Assembly (NCBI GenBank): GCA_963793425.1
Contig: CAWCAG010000001.1
Span: forward strand, 128,001 to 192,000
DNA from: an uncultured cyanobacterium
GTDB lineage: Bacteria; Cyanobacteriota; Cyanobacteriia; Cyanobacteriales; CAWCAG01
Direction: 5' to 3'
Length of the DNA: 64,000 nucleotides
Shown here: positions 1 to 11,141 of the stretch, one piece after another
How the letters are laid out: every line of letters begins with the position of its first letter
How positions within the stretch are numbered: the first letter of the stretch is position 1
Notes under the pieces: generated by a model
What the model was told of the DNA's origin: nothing
The model's database searches: none
Seen by the model: only the letters and a program-made list of their open reading frames with translations
Translations under genes and position numbers: made by a program

Positions 1-1020
1 TTCTTCGTTTTTTCCTAAATCATTGTAGACCCGACCAATATTGTTGAGGGTTCTGCTTCCCCTCCTCTATCTCCTACTGCACGACGTAGAGGTAAAGCTT
101 GGTTATAGTAATTGAGTGCTTCTTGCTTTTCTCCTAATGAGTCGTAGACAAGACCAATATTGTTGAGAGTAATTGCTTCTCCTCCTCTATCCCCTACTGC
201 AAGAAATAAAGGTAAAGCCTGATTGTAGTAATTTAGTGCCTCTTCCTTTTCTCCTAATTGAGTAGACACCACCAATATTATTAAGGTAGTTGCTTCCCCT
301 CCTCTATCACCTACTGCACGACGTAGAGGTAAAGCTTGATTATAGTATTTAAGGCTTCTTGTTTTTCTCCTAATGAGTTGTAGATACGACCGATACCTGT
401 GAGAGTAGCTGCTTCTCCTCCTCTATCACCTACTGCACGAAATAGAGGCAAAGCTTGGTTATAGTAATTGAGTGCTTTTTGCTTTTCTCCTAATGAGTCG
501 TAGATACCACCAATATTGTTGAGAGTAATTGCTTCCCCTCTTCTATCATCTCACGCCCGAATAGGGGTAAAGCCTGGTTATAGTAATTGAGTGCTTCTTC
601 TTTTTCTCCTAATGAATCTAGTAGACACACCAATGATTAGTTGAGAGTAATTGCTTCCCCTCCTATTATCACCTACAGCACGACATAGAGGTAATGCTTG
701 GTTGATAGTAATTGAGTGCCTTTTGCTTTTCTCCTAATGAGCCGTAGACAACACCAATATTGTTGAGGGTACTTGCTTCACCTCCTCTGATCTCCTACCG
801 AACGAAGTAAAGGTAAAGCTTGATTATAGTAATTGAGTGCTTGTTGTTTTTCTCCTAATGAGTCGTAGACAAGACCAAGATTGTTGAGGGTTAGTTGCTT
901 CCTCCTCTGTCGATTCTACTGCACGAATAAAGGTAAAGCTTGGTTGTAGTAATTAAGTGCTTCTTGTTTTTCTCCTAATGAGTTGTAGACAAGACCAATA
1001 TTATTGAGGATTAAAGCTTG
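1..1020. repeat. Tandem ~120-bp coding repeat (40-aa TPR units)
   Basis: TTCTCCTAA, GTAAAGC and TAGTAATT anchors recur at ~120-bp spacing (about 129, 249, 364, 485, 604, 729, 850, 970). Confidence 0.9.
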
Positions 1021-1286
1021 TTGAGATTCATCTTCCTACCTGCTGCCAAAGTTTAAGTGACTTCTTCACATTTAACAATCGCATCTCGTAAAGACTCTGC
1101 CGTCCCCTCCTGATAAAGCCGCAAACCTTCCTGATAAGCTTCCTCAGCAGCAGCGCGAATATCTTCAGTACTTGCACCACTTTCCTGAGCAACCTCTATC
1201 GCATCTGTACTCCCTACAGCAACATTAACTGGAGTAACAAAAGAAACCAATAAAGCAAGGGAGATAGTAGAGAGTTTTTTATTCAT
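1..1286 (-). pseudogene. Secreted TPR-repeat protein (cyanobacterial TPR/CHAT-type N-terminus), multiply frameshifted, runs off the window start
   Basis: Signal-peptide-like MNKKLSTISLALLVSF start at 1286, then EGTAESLR..AI motif and about 8-9 tandem ~120-bp units encoding GEKQEALNYYNQALPLxRAVGDRGGEAxTLNNIGxVY; single-base indels break the frame in most units. Confidence 0.8.
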
Positions 1287-1651
1287 GGCTTAGTAGAAGG
1301 TGCAAAATAAATCCACTGGCAGATTATTTAATCGAGTTTATAACCTTAAGAAACACCCTTAATCCTATTTCGCAGCCAAGTCTTAAGAATTACGCAAATT
1401 CACCAAAATCTTTCTAGCTAAAAGTTATTTGTACTGATACCAAACTCCCCACCCTATTTCCACGCTTCCACTAGCCACTAGCAAAAACTAAAATCTAAGC
1501 CATACCTCACTAGCCTAAGAATTGCTATATATTTCTTTAGGCTGAAATCCGAGATTCAACTTTGTTTCTTGAGCCAGATGCAATAAATGCTCTAAGCGGT
1601 GACAATGCTATCTTGCCCTGGGTATTTCCCGAAACTTGAGAGCCTCAAAAA

Positions 1652-2578
1652 GTGAAACTTAAGGATATTTTTCCCCTACTTAAAGAAACATTCCAGGAAT
1701 GGCAAGAAGATAAATCATCTCGTTTAGCTGCGGCGTTGGCTTACTACACAGTTTTTTCCCTTGCCCCTTTATTAGTAATTGCGATCGCGATCGCCGGAGC
1801 AATTTTTGGGGAAGAAGCAGCGAGAGGAGAAATAGTTGGGCAAATCCAAGGTTTAGTAGGGAATCAAGGGGCAGAAGCAATAGAAGCCGCCATTAATAAT
1901 GCTAATAAACCTGATACGAGTAGCGTTGCTTCTTTAATTAGTATCGTGGTTCTCTTTTTTGGTGCTTCCGGTGTCTTTGCTCAACTCCAAGATGCTTTGA
2001 ATACAATTTGGGAAGTGCAAGCGAAACCAGGAAGAGGGGTTAAACATTTCATTAAAAAGCGCTTACTATCCTTTTCTGCTGTATTTGGGATTGGCTTTTT
2101 ATTATTAGTTTCTTTGCTGGTAAGTGCTGTTTTATCTGGATTGAGTCATTATCTGAGTAACATCCTTCCTGGCGGCGATTTTATTTGGCAAGTCTTCAAC
2201 TTTGTAGTTTCTTTTGCTGTAATCACCTCACTATTTGCGGTGATTTATAAATACTTACCGGATGTAAAAATTGAGTGGGGTGATGTTTGGACTGGAGCGA
2301 TTATTACCTCTCTACTCTTCACTATCGGGAAATTTGCCCTCGGACTTTATTTAGGCAGAGGAAGTTTTGGCTCTACTTACGGCGCAGCAGGTTCTTTAAT
2401 TGTGCTTCTGGCTTGGGTTTATTATTCAGCACAAATCCTCTTCTTTGGGGCGGAATTCACTCAAGTTTATGCCCGCAGATTTGGTTCAACAATTGTACCG
2501 GATGATAATGCCATGCGAGTTACTGAAGAAGCAAGGGGAAAGCAAGGAATGCCTCGTAATCGGAGAAGAAATAAGTAA
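1652..2578 (+). CDS. YihY/virulence factor BrkB family membrane protein
   Basis: AAALAYYTVFSLAPLL, LQDALNTIW and YGAAGSLIVLLAWVYYSAQILFFGAE motifs. Confidence 0.9.
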   Translation: MKLKDIFPLLKETFQEWQEDKSSRLAAALAYYTVFSLAPLLVIAIAIAGAIFGEEAARGEIVGQIQGLVGNQGAEAIEAAINNANKPDTSSVASLISIVVLFFGASGVFAQLQDALNTIWEVQAKPGRGVKHFIKKRLLSFSAVFGIGFLLLVSLLVSAVLSGLSHYLSNILPGGDFIWQVFNFVVSFAVITSLFAVIYKYLPDVKIEWGDVWTGAIITSLLFTIGKFALGLYLGRGSFGSTYGAAGSLIVLLAWVYYSAQILFFGAEFTQVYARRFGSTIVPDDNAMRVTEEARGKQGMPRNRRRNK

Positions 2579-2740
2579 CAAGTGACAGCTCAATCCCTAC
2601 CTTAAGGTATAGGGTAATATTGCTCTGAAAGTAGATTTATAAGGGTCGGGAAAGTTTTTATATTAATAAATGTAAAAGGATTTATTGAGGCGGAGTTTAA
2701 GGGCAACGCCTATGCTAACCAACAAGATGTTCCTGATCTG

Positions 2741-3364
2741 GTGGACTCTGAGGAAATTGACTTCCGCGTCGCTAATACCTTGGGTGCATCAGATGGCCCT
2801 TTGCCCCATTTAATCAGATTCAAGCAAGCCCAATTAACAGATAAGGGGCAGAAAATCCTTAAGGAAATGTCCCAAAATCCTCCCGAATCTTTAGAAAAAG
2901 GACCTAGTACACTAATGGCAACTCAAAATACACCCTTCTTAGAAAAAATTATGCTCAGAGGGGAATTAGAAGATATTTACGATGCCCGTGACATGGCTAC
3001 TGTAGTCTACCGTACCATGCGGGATATGATGACCACAGAAGCAGCCGGAAAAGTCGCTTCAGAGTTAAACAAAGAAATAGAACCCACAGCAGATAAAACT
3101 TTGCAAAAAGAAATTTCTGAGTTGTGGCAAGATGAGAATCCCCTTGTTTCTTGGTTAAGCAAAATTCGCCCCCCTTTAAAAATTAATGAAGATACTTTTA
3201 TCTTCCGGGTTGAACAAGAAGGTGGAATGCCGAAAGGGACTGATGGGGAAAAAGTAATTAAAGCTGTTTTTGCTGCTACTAAAGATGAATTATCCTCTGA
3301 ACGAGTAGCTGAAATAAGTGATTTTTTACCAGGCAAAATTAAGCAGATGTGGCAACAGGCTTAA
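2741..3364 (+). CDS. DUF2267 family protein (start uncertain, possibly ATG 2915)
   Basis: FLEKIM..DIYDARD..VVYRTMRD and C-terminal AVFAATKDELS.ER..EI..FLPG.IKQMW pattern. Confidence 0.7.
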   Translation: MDSEEIDFRVANTLGASDGPLPHLIRFKQAQLTDKGQKILKEMSQNPPESLEKGPSTLMATQNTPFLEKIMLRGELEDIYDARDMATVVYRTMRDMMTTEAAGKVASELNKEIEPTADKTLQKEISELWQDENPLVSWLSKIRPPLKINEDTFIFRVEQEGGMPKGTDGEKVIKAVFAATKDELSSERVAEISDFLPGKIKQMWQQA

Positions 3365-3392
3365 GCACTTTAGCAACCGGATTTGGTATTAG

Positions 3393-3423
3393 ATATCCCT
3401 AGAAGTCAAGCTTCTAGGGATAT
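3393..3423 (+). terminator. Stem-loop after DUF2267 gene
   Basis: ATATCCCTAGAAG-tcaag-CTTCTAGGGATAT perfect inverted repeat. Confidence 0.65.
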
Positions 3424-3474
3424 TGCTATTTGTCCTCACCTTGTTGCGTAGCGTCTCCATCGCAGAAGCCCACC

Positions 3475-3537
3475 GTAGGGGCGGGTTTGGAGTCAAATTG
3501 TGATGATTAACCTTAAATTAAATAAACCCGCCCTAAC
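3475..3537 (+). repeat. GTAG-type REP-like palindromic dispersed repeat
   Basis: GTAGGGGCGGGTTT...AAACCCGCCCTAAC; related copy in reverse orientation at 42550-42611. Confidence 0.75.
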
Positions 3538-3651
3538 TTCAAGTTAAGGGAAACTAATTTTCTCGATTTTAAGTTTTGCAAAAAAGGATTGCTTTTGAGT
3601 CTCTTTTCCCTTAAAATACTATTCGAGAAGAGTTTAAAGCCCCATTTTCCC

Positions 3652-4131
3652 ATGGAATACATCAACACCTCTATTGCTGCCGAAATGTTGAGAGTCTCTC
3701 AAAGAAGAGTTCTCTACTTACTTCAACAACAACGCATTAAAGGCGCTTACAAAAAGCGGACAGGTTGGGTGATACCTTTATACAAGGGCAAACCAAGGAT
3801 TTCTCGTGGTACTAGAGGACCCAAACCTCGTTGGAGTACCGCAAAGGGACGGGGACCAAAAACTATTTATGTCAATAAAAACCACATCACTACTAACGAG
3901 AAGAGGATTGCTCAGCACGGGGCTGAAGTAGCCTTGAAAGATGTTGTAACGGTCAGACATGGTTCAAGGAGCATTCGTGGTCATGAATTAGAGATATTTG
4001 GCTATTGTCAGATCGTTTACTGTCCGGAAAAACCCCAGGATTGTGGGGCGAGTTTATGGATCAAAACCTATTCAGATGTGAAGGTAGTAAATAAGTCTAA
4101 GCCTGATGAATGGTCGGTTGTTCGTTGTTAA
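3652..4131 (+). CDS. Excisionase-like helix-turn-helix DNA-binding protein
   Basis: INTSIAAEMLRVSQRRVLYLLQQQRIKGAYK..GWVIP; basic protein; ATG 3652 preferred over TTG 3589. Confidence 0.6.
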   Translation: MEYINTSIAAEMLRVSQRRVLYLLQQQRIKGAYKKRTGWVIPLYKGKPRISRGTRGPKPRWSTAKGRGPKTIYVNKNHITTNEKRIAQHGAEVALKDVVTVRHGSRSIRGHELEIFGYCQIVYCPEKPQDCGASLWIKTYSDVKVVNKSKPDEWSVVRC

Positions 4132-4147
4132 TTGCTAATCGCTAACT

Positions 4148-5287
4148 TTACGCCTTGCCGTTGCTGTCAGGCATCACTAAACCTTTTTCTACAGTTAAAA
4201 TTTGCGAATCTTTCACCCATTGATGGTCGAAAGCACCAAGGTGAGTAGTGGTAATTAAAGTTTGAAAGCGGTCTTGAATTGCTTCTAAGAGTTGGTTTTG
4301 TCGGTTGAGGTCTAACTCAGCTAAAACGTCGTCGAGAAGGAGTAGAGGCGGTTCTCCAATTACTTCTTCAATTAATTTTAATTCAGCGAGTTTTAGAGCT
4401 AAAACTAAAGTGCGTTGTTGCCCTTGGGAACCATAAGAACGAGCCGGAGTTTGATTAATAGTTAATTCTATTTCATCTCGATGGGGGCCAACTAAGGTTG
4501 TACCTTGTTGTTGTTCGGGAATACGGCGTTGTTGAATTTTTTCTAAGAAGGCTTGTTGGACGTGTTCGGGGTTATCTTCTTGCCAATTAATATTAGGATT
4601 ATAGTTAATGGCTAAAACTTCTGTTTCTCCACTAATACTTGCGTGCCAAGCAGCCGCTAAAGGAGCAATTCTTCGTAAAACTCTGGCTCGACGACGGGTG
4701 ATCCTAGAACCTGTAGCGGCTAGTTGAGCATCCCATAAAGCTAGTTGATCAATATAATTGTTGATATCTACTTCTAGGTCGCGAAGTTTCCTTAAAAAAG
4801 CATTTCTTTGGCGTAAAACCTGATTGTACTGTTGCAAGATATAAGCATAAATTGGTTCTAATTGAATAAGTAAATAGTCTAACCAACTACGACGAGTTTC
4901 CGGACTGCCTCGCACTAAATCTAAATCTAAACTAGAAAATTGTACAGCATTTAATACTCCTAAAAACTCCGTTTGACGACGTAACTTTTCTTGATTGAGA
5001 ACGAGAGTTCTTCTTCCTTTTTTCCTCAAGGTGATAGTTAGCTCTGAACTACCGTATTTTCGTTCTAAAATAGCATTAATTCTACCATCCTCTTCCCCTT
5101 CCAAAACCAAGTCGCGATCGCGAGAGGTACGATGACTTTTTAAGGTTGCTAACAACTCCACTGCTTCTAGTAGGTTAGATTTTCCTTGGGCATTATTACC
5201 AACTAAAATTGTTTTCCTGGCTATGAAGTTAACGCCTTGATCTTGGTAATTACGAAAGGAAAGTAGATGGAGCTTTTTAAGAAACAT
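4148..5287 (-). CDS. recF: DNA replication/repair protein RecF
   Basis: [14 protein letters not shown], Walker [32 protein letters not shown]. Confidence 0.97.
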   Translation of the reverse strand: MFLKKLHLLSFRNYQDQGVNFIARKTILVGNNAQGKSNLLEAVELLATLKSHRTSRDRDLVLEGEEDGRINAILERKYGSSELTITLRKKGRRTLVLNQEKLRRQTEFLGVLNAVQFSSLDLDLVRGSPETRRSWLDYLLIQLEPIYAYILQQYNQVLRQRNAFLRKLRDLEVDINNYIDQLALWDAQLAATGSRITRRRARVLRRIAPLAAAWHASISGETEVLAINYNPNINWQEDNPEHVQQAFLEKIQQRRIPEQQQGTTLVGPHRDEIELTINQTPARSYGSQGQQRTLVLALKLAELKLIEEVIGEPPLLLLDDVLAELDLNRQNQLLEAIQDRFQTLITTTHLGAFDHQWVKDSQILTVEKGLVMPDSNGKA

Positions 5288-5356
5288 TAAATAATAGGGA
5301 ATAGGGTTCGCGTTTCGCGAATGCGTTGCCGCATTTGCTATAAGAAATAGGGAAAG

Positions 5357-5398
5357 TTACTTATTACTTATTACTTATTACTTATTACTTATTACTTA
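5357..5398. repeat. Heptamer STRR (TTACTTA)x6
   Basis: Direct reading. Confidence 0.9.
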
Positions 5399-6166
5399 GT
5401 TGAGTGCTGTTATCGCTATGGGGGCGAAGAGAAAAGAGCCAGCGATGATGTAAACGAAGCGACGATAGGTTTTAATTTTCTTGCTGGCAGCTTCTTCAAT
5501 TAAAGGAGGTAGTTGTTCTGTGATGAATTGTCCAACTTCGACAATATTAATATCAGTTCTGCCTTCTTTTTTGAATGGCTTTAATAACTTGTTGACGGTT
5601 AAATCTAGCATTAGTTGGTTAAGATAAATCAATAAAGATGATTGTAGATGAAATACTCGAATACCAAACTTTTTGAAAATAGTGAATATTTTTATGGGAG
5701 TTTTGATTGTTCTTTCCATATTTGTAAAGGTTTCTTCTAATACTCCCGATATTTCTACAACTAACTGATTAAGCCCTTGTTGAAAAAAGTAAATATTCAT
5801 ACTCTCTTTTTGCTCAAAAATAGCCTCAATCACTAAAGAGAATAAGGGTTGTAAGCAGTGGTGCAAAGTTTTACTAACCAAGTTTTGATAACCAGACAAA
5901 ACGGCTAAGCTGACTCCGCAAATAATTCCGGCGATTAAATAAAGAATTATCAAAGCAACTAACTTAAAAAAAGCAGCAAAGCTAAAACTTCCTGCCCCTT
6001 CAAAACTGACATGAAAAATGATTGCGGCGGCTACGCTGAAGAGAAATAGGGAAAGAATACAGTAGCTAACAGTCTTCAGCAGGGATATTATCAACAAACG
6101 ACGCAGTAACATAATTGAATCTCGTGCCATCTTTTGCCATTCTTCAATTAGTTGCTCATGGGGCAT
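5396..6166 (-). CDS. Hypothetical membrane protein
   Basis: 256-aa ORF with N- and C-terminal hydrophobic segments; no recognised family. Confidence 0.6.
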   Translation of the reverse strand: MPHEQLIEEWQKMARDSIMLLRRLLIISLLKTVSYCILSLFLFSVAAAIIFHVSFEGAGSFSFAAFFKLVALIILYLIAGIICGVSLAVLSGYQNLVSKTLHHCLQPLFSLVIEAIFEQKESMNIYFFQQGLNQLVVEISGVLEETFTNMERTIKTPIKIFTIFKKFGIRVFHLQSSLLIYLNQLMLDLTVNKLLKPFKKEGRTDINIVEVGQFITEQLPPLIEEAASKKIKTYRRFVYIIAGSFLFAPIAITALN

Positions 6167-6172
6167 TTTAAT

Positions 6173-6205
6173 TAAGTAATAAGTAATAAGTAATAAGTAA
6201 TAAGT
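6173..6205. repeat. Heptamer STRR (TAAGTAA)x4 plus partial copy
   Basis: Direct reading; reverse complement of the 5357-5398 array. Confidence 0.9.
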
Positions 6206-6244
6206 TTTGGGCTAAGGCTAATTACTTTTTTACAACAAATTTAG

Positions 6245-9112
6245 TTATTTCTTGGTGAAGAACCAGCGAACAAATAACTTTTCTAACTCTACCCAAACGA
6301 AAATAATAGCGCTAAAGCCGAAACAAAGCCCTAATTCTTCTAAGGTTAAATAATCAGTGCCAAAGAAGTTTTGTAGCACGGGGATATAAACTAACATTAA
6401 TTGTAAAATGGTTGTACCAATTACTGCTACTAATAAATAGGGATTGGAAAAAGGATTCAATTCAATAGTTAATTGGGAATGGGAACGTACTGCGATCGCA
6501 TGACCCATTTGAGCAATACAAAGGGTAGTGAAGACCATGGTTTTCCAATGGTCGGGATAATAATTATAAGCGATCCACATCAAGACAATCGTGACTAGCC
6601 CAAAAATAATACCGGTGCGAATCATATAGGAACCCAAGCCCCTAGCGAAAATGCTTTCACTAGGGTCAATGGGAGGGCGACTCATAACATTGGGTTCAGC
6701 GGGTTCCACTGCTAAAGCTAAGGCAGGTAAACCATCGGTGACGAGGTTCATCCAGAGAATTTGTAAAGGAACAAGAGGGACTTCTTCTAAACCGATTAAG
6801 GGGGCCGCCGCAATGGTAATTACTTCGCCGATGTTGCTACCTAAAATGTATTTGATGAAGCGACGAATATTCGCATAAACTACCCTGCCTTCTTCTGTGG
6901 CGGCAATGATGGTCGTAAAGTTATCGTCTAGTAAAACCATATCACTAGCTTCTTTACTAACATCGGTTCCGGTAATGCCCATAGCAATACCGATATCTGC
7001 CTGTTTTAGGGCTGGGGCATCATTAACCCCATCTCCGGTCATAGCGACAAATTGCCCCTGTTTCTGGAGTGCCTGAACGATGCGTAACTTATGTTCCGGG
7101 GAGACACGGGCATAAACACTAACTTCGTTAACTTCCTGTTCTAATTCCGACTGGGGCATCCTTTGCAGCTCTCGCCCACTAAGAACCCTGTCTTCTTCTG
7201 TAGCAATATCTAACTGAGAGGCGATCGCTTTAGCAGTTAATTGATGATCTCCAGTAATCATCAGAGTTCTAATCCCCGCTTTCTTGCTTTGACGTACTGC
7301 TTCCTTGGCTTCTAAGCGGGGGGCATCCAGCATTCCCACCAACCCTAACCAAATCAATTCCTGTTCAGCACTTTCTTCCCCATCAGCCGAGGGAATTTCC
7401 TCAACAGACTTATAAGCCAAACCCAAAACCCGCAAACCTCTTTGGGCCATCCTGTCATTGTCATCAATAATTTTCTGCCGATGTTCTTCTTGTAAGGGAA
7501 TAAAGCGATTCCCAGATTTAAAAGAGCCGCAGCGTTCTAAAATTAATTCTGGTGAACCCTTGCTAAACATCACAAACGGGGCAGAAGGAACAAAATCAGA
7601 AGTATTAATTGCCCCCTGAATTGCTTCCCCCCTACCTTGACAAATAACACTCATCCGCTTCCGAGTAGAAGTAAAGGGGAATTCTCCCATCCTCACTAAC
7701 TGACGGCTTAAGGATTGTTGTTCTAAGGAAGCTTTTCCCGCTAACGAAAGTAAAGCACCTTCGGTAGGATCTCCCAAAATTATCCATTCTGGGTGGCGAT
7801 TCCTGTTCTCTCCCTCAACATCTTCTACTTCCTTGTACTGTAAGAAAGCATCATTACAAAGAACTCCTGCTAAAAGTAAAGTCTGTAGTTCAGGGTAATC
7901 TTGACTCTTCACAGTTTGTTCTTCTTTCAGGAAATCTCCCGTGGGATTGTAGCCTTCCCCTGTCACCTTAAAACTATCTTCTAAAGTCACAACTTCCTGC
8001 ACCACCATTTTATTTTGGGTTAAAGTTCCTGTTTTATCAGAACAAATAGCACTTACCGAACCCAAAGTTTCCACCGCCGGAAGTTTACGAATCAGGGCAT
8101 GGCGACGTACCATACGCTGAGTTCCCAAAGCCAATGTTACCGTAACCACTGCCGGTAAACCTTCTGGAACTACTGCCACCGCCATACTTAAAGAAACTTC
8201 CACCAATTCTCGCAGACGGCTAAAGTTCCCGGTACTAATTACCCCAATGGCAATAACTAAAACTACCAAAGATAGAGAACCTGTTACCAAAGCCTTGCTT
8301 AACTGATTCATCCTCTGTTGTAAGGGAGTCGGTTCACTTTCTACCCCTTGCAACATTTGAGCAATTTTCCCCAATTCTGTGGCCATGCCCGTAGCTGTCA
8401 CCACCACCTTGGCCCGACCTTGGATAACTTCTGTACCAGTAAATACCATACTACGGCGATCGCCAAGGGGAGTATCTTCTTCTAAACCAACTTCCCCAGG
8501 CAATTTTTTAACGGCTTTAGCTTCTCCGGTTAAAGCTGATTCCCTTACTTGTAAGTTGGATACCTCAATTAACTGCCCATCAGCCGCTAATTGGGTTCCC
8601 GACTCCACTAAGATAATATCTCCTGGGACTACTTGAGAACCTTCAATTTCTGCGGGTTCACCATCTCTTATCACCCTTACTTGAGGAGAAGAAAGATTTT
8701 TCAGGGCCGCTAAGGCTTTTTCGGCCCGACTTTCTTGGAAATAACCCAAAGCACCATTAAGAATCACAATCACCATAATAGCGATGGTATCTTTAAAAGG
8801 GAATTCTCCAGCCGTTGCCCCTCCCCCTTGTAAATCCACCAAATCCAAGATACCGGAAACAATTGCCACAGCAATAAGCATGATCAGCATAATATCTTTA
8901 AACTGATCAACAAATATTTCCCAGCCAGGACGACCGGGGCCTTCTTCAATTTCGTTGAGGCCGTAATGTTGTCTACGTTGTTGTACTTGTTGAGAGGTTA
9001 AACCAGTTTCCGGATTGCTTTGGAATGTTTCTAAGGTTTTCTCAACAGACTGGGTATGCCAAGGATTGGCAAGATCCGGGAATGAATGGGTATTATTACT
9101 AGATTGGGTCAC
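6245..9112 (-). CDS. P-type IIA cation-transporting ATPase (Ca2+-type, PacL-like)
   Basis: [42 protein letters not shown] motifs. Confidence 0.93.
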   Translation of the reverse strand: MTQSSNNTHSFPDLANPWHTQSVEKTLETFQSNPETGLTSQQVQQRRQHYGLNEIEEGPGRPGWEIFVDQFKDIMLIMLIAVAIVSGILDLVDLQGGGATAGEFPFKDTIAIMVIVILNGALGYFQESRAEKALAALKNLSSPQVRVIRDGEPAEIEGSQVVPGDIILVESGTQLAADGQLIEVSNLQVRESALTGEAKAVKKLPGEVGLEEDTPLGDRRSMVFTGTEVIQGRAKVVVTATGMATELGKIAQMLQGVESEPTPLQQRMNQLSKALVTGSLSLVVLVIAIGVISTGNFSRLRELVEVSLSMAVAVVPEGLPAVVTVTLALGTQRMVRRHALIRKLPAVETLGSVSAICSDKTGTLTQNKMVVQEVVTLEDSFKVTGEGYNPTGDFLKEEQTVKSQDYPELQTLLLAGVLCNDAFLQYKEVEDVEGENRNRHPEWIILGDPTEGALLSLAGKASLEQQSLSRQLVRMGEFPFTSTRKRMSVICQGRGEAIQGAINTSDFVPSAPFVMFSKGSPELILERCGSFKSGNRFIPLQEEHRQKIIDDNDRMAQRGLRVLGLAYKSVEEIPSADGEESAEQELIWLGLVGMLDAPRLEAKEAVRQSKKAGIRTLMITGDHQLTAKAIASQLDIATEEDRVLSGRELQRMPQSELEQEVNEVSVYARVSPEHKLRIVQALQKQGQFVAMTGDGVNDAPALKQADIGIAMGITGTDVSKEASDMVLLDDNFTTIIAATEEGRVVYANIRRFIKYILGSNIGEVITIAAAPLIGLEEVPLVPLQILWMNLVTDGLPALALAVEPAEPNVMSRPPIDPSESIFARGLGSYMIRTGIIFGLVTIVLMWIAYNYYPDHWKTMVFTTLCIAQMGHAIAVRSHSQLTIELNPFSNPYLLVAVIGTTILQLMLVYIPVLQNFFGTDYLTLEELGLCFGFSAIIFVWVELEKLFVRWFFTKK

Positions 9113-9211
9113 GAGGAATGAATTTTGATCTATTGATCCCGATCATACGCTAATACTGCTTTACAGGTGTTGATTGCTAGTTGCTAATCGCTAACAGAAA
9201 TACTGTTTAGT

Positions 9212-11071
9212 TTACTGTCCAGCTATTTTAGTGATCAGAACTTCTTTAGAAACTCGAATCAAATCATAAGACCCCTGACTATCAAGCTTTTGATAATCTT
9301 GGGGTTGCAGATTGATGTTTTCCCAAGAACTTGGTTCAGTAAGGATTAATAGAGAGTTATTTTGTTGGGCAGAATTTTTGAGAAAGCCCAAGCCATTTTC
9401 TGTCACTAGCTTAGGCAGAAGATGTTCTATATGGGTAAAATACTTAACCGGGCGTTGAGAATAAAAAACCACGCTGGGTTTTTTAAAACCTACCATATAA
9501 AAATCTTCTCCTGGCTGTTCCACTTGGGGAACTAGTTGAGAAAGTTGCCTTAAAGGAAGTTGTCGGGCTTCATCAAGGAGAAAAGAAGCAGGATGAATAA
9601 CGAAAATTAAGAAGGCGAAAAAAGCTAGTAGATTAATACCAATCAGCCAGGATCTTAACTGGGATCGCCAACAAAATACACACCCAACCAAAGCTGCTAT
9701 CAGCCAAATTAAGCCCCCCATTTTGGGTAAACCAGATTCGGCTACCAACTCTCCTAAATTAGGGGCGGCCGGGTCATAACCAATGAAGCTAGGGCCATAA
9801 GCAAGGGCAACAGCTAAGACGAGAAGAAAGAGAATATTAACCAAATTAGAGATTAATAAACCCCATTTAAGTTTAGTTTTGCTGGGCTGCTTAACTTTGG
9901 TCAACTCCTCGCTTGCCAACAACGCAACTAAGATAGCCGCAGCAGGTAATAAAGGCAGGGTATAACTAGGAAGTTTGGTAACAGCGACGCTGAAGAAAAG
10001 GAAAATAGCTGCAAACCAAAACAGGGCAAATAAGCTTAACTGTGCTGAACGAGGCTGCTTACGCCAAAAAGAAGGTTGCCAAAATTTTAAACGCAGAATT
10101 GCTTGGGGTAAATAAACAGAATAGGGAGCAAAACCAATAAGTACAACTAAAAAATAAAAGTACCAAGGGGCAGCATGATTGTTAACGACATCGGTGAAGC
10201 GTTCAAAGTTATGGTAGCCGAAAAAAGCATCTAGGTAATCAGGGTTTCTTAAAGTCACTAAAACAAACCAAGGGACACCAAGAATCAGGAAGAGAATGCT
10301 ACCTACCACTAAACCAGCTTCCTTAGCGACTTCCCCAAGTCGCCCCACATAAACAAGGAAAGGAATAATCACAATTCCTGGTATCACAATACCTACAGGC
10401 CCTTTAGTTAAAACAGCTAGGGAAGTAAGAAGATAAAAAGCCAGATACCAAGGACTAGGGCAAACAAACCATCCTCCTTTTTCTTGATGCTGGGCATAGC
10501 CAAGAAAAAAGCAGAGCATAGCACAACCCATACACCCACTCAGGAGCATATCAGAAACCCCTGTATGAGACCAAACCAGAGTTTGGATGTTCAAAGCAAC
10601 TAAAGCTGAACCAAGCCATGCTGATAGCCAGAGTTGCCGATGAGGACGACTTGCTTCACCTGCTTGTTTGGCAACCCCAGGAGCAGCAAAACCATAACGC
10701 CGTAGGGTATAAAACACCATCACCATAAGAGCGATCGCAGCCAAAGCAGAGGGCCATCTCACAGCCCATTCATTAACCCCAATTACTTTATAGCCAATGG
10801 CCATTAACCAATAAACCAAAGGGGGCTTATCAAAGCGAGTTTCCCCATTAAAATAAGGGGTAACCCAATCCCCAGTTTCTGCCATCTGGCGTGCCGCTTC
10901 AGCAAAAAGAGGCTCTGTCTCATCTACTAAACCCGTAGACCCTAAGTTCCAAATAAAAGCAAAAAAACCAATTAACAGCAACCAAAAAAACGATAACCAC
11001 CAGCTACTTTTGGGATGTTGCTCAAAAGATTTCCAGCTATTTTGGATTTGGGAAATCATTTCATTTATCAT
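9212..11071 (-). CDS. ArnT/GT39 family membrane glycosyltransferase
   Basis: DETEPLFAEAARQM, PYFNGETRFDKPPL, LTKGPVG, TKLPSY; many TM segments. Confidence 0.9.
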   Translation of the reverse strand: MINEMISQIQNSWKSFEQHPKSSWWLSFFWLLLIGFFAFIWNLGSTGLVDETEPLFAEAARQMAETGDWVTPYFNGETRFDKPPLVYWLMAIGYKVIGVNEWAVRWPSALAAIALMVMVFYTLRRYGFAAPGVAKQAGEASRPHRQLWLSAWLGSALVALNIQTLVWSHTGVSDMLLSGCMGCAMLCFFLGYAQHQEKGGWFVCPSPWYLAFYLLTSLAVLTKGPVGIVIPGIVIIPFLVYVGRLGEVAKEAGLVVGSILFLILGVPWFVLVTLRNPDYLDAFFGYHNFERFTDVVNNHAAPWYFYFLVVLIGFAPYSVYLPQAILRLKFWQPSFWRKQPRSAQLSLFALFWFAAIFLFFSVAVTKLPSYTLPLLPAAAILVALLASEELTKVKQPSKTKLKWGLLISNLVNILFLLVLAVALAYGPSFIGYDPAAPNLGELVAESGLPKMGGLIWLIAALVGCVFCWRSQLRSWLIGINLLAFFAFLIFVIHPASFLLDEARQLPLRQLSQLVPQVEQPGEDFYMVGFKKPSVVFYSQRPVKYFTHIEHLLPKLVTENGLGFLKNSAQQNNSLLILTEPSSWENINLQPQDYQKLDSQGSYDLIRVSKEVLITKIAGQ

Positions 11072-11141
11072 TTATCATTGGACATTTAGTTGCTTTTTTT
11101 GACTGCAAGTATTTTATCAAGTTCCACACATTGAACATTGA

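Noticed and set aside
1..1020. CRISPR array or DGR template/variable repeat
   Set aside because: Units are contiguous coding TPR repeats without unique spacers; differences are not adenine-specific; no reverse transcriptase or cas gene in the window
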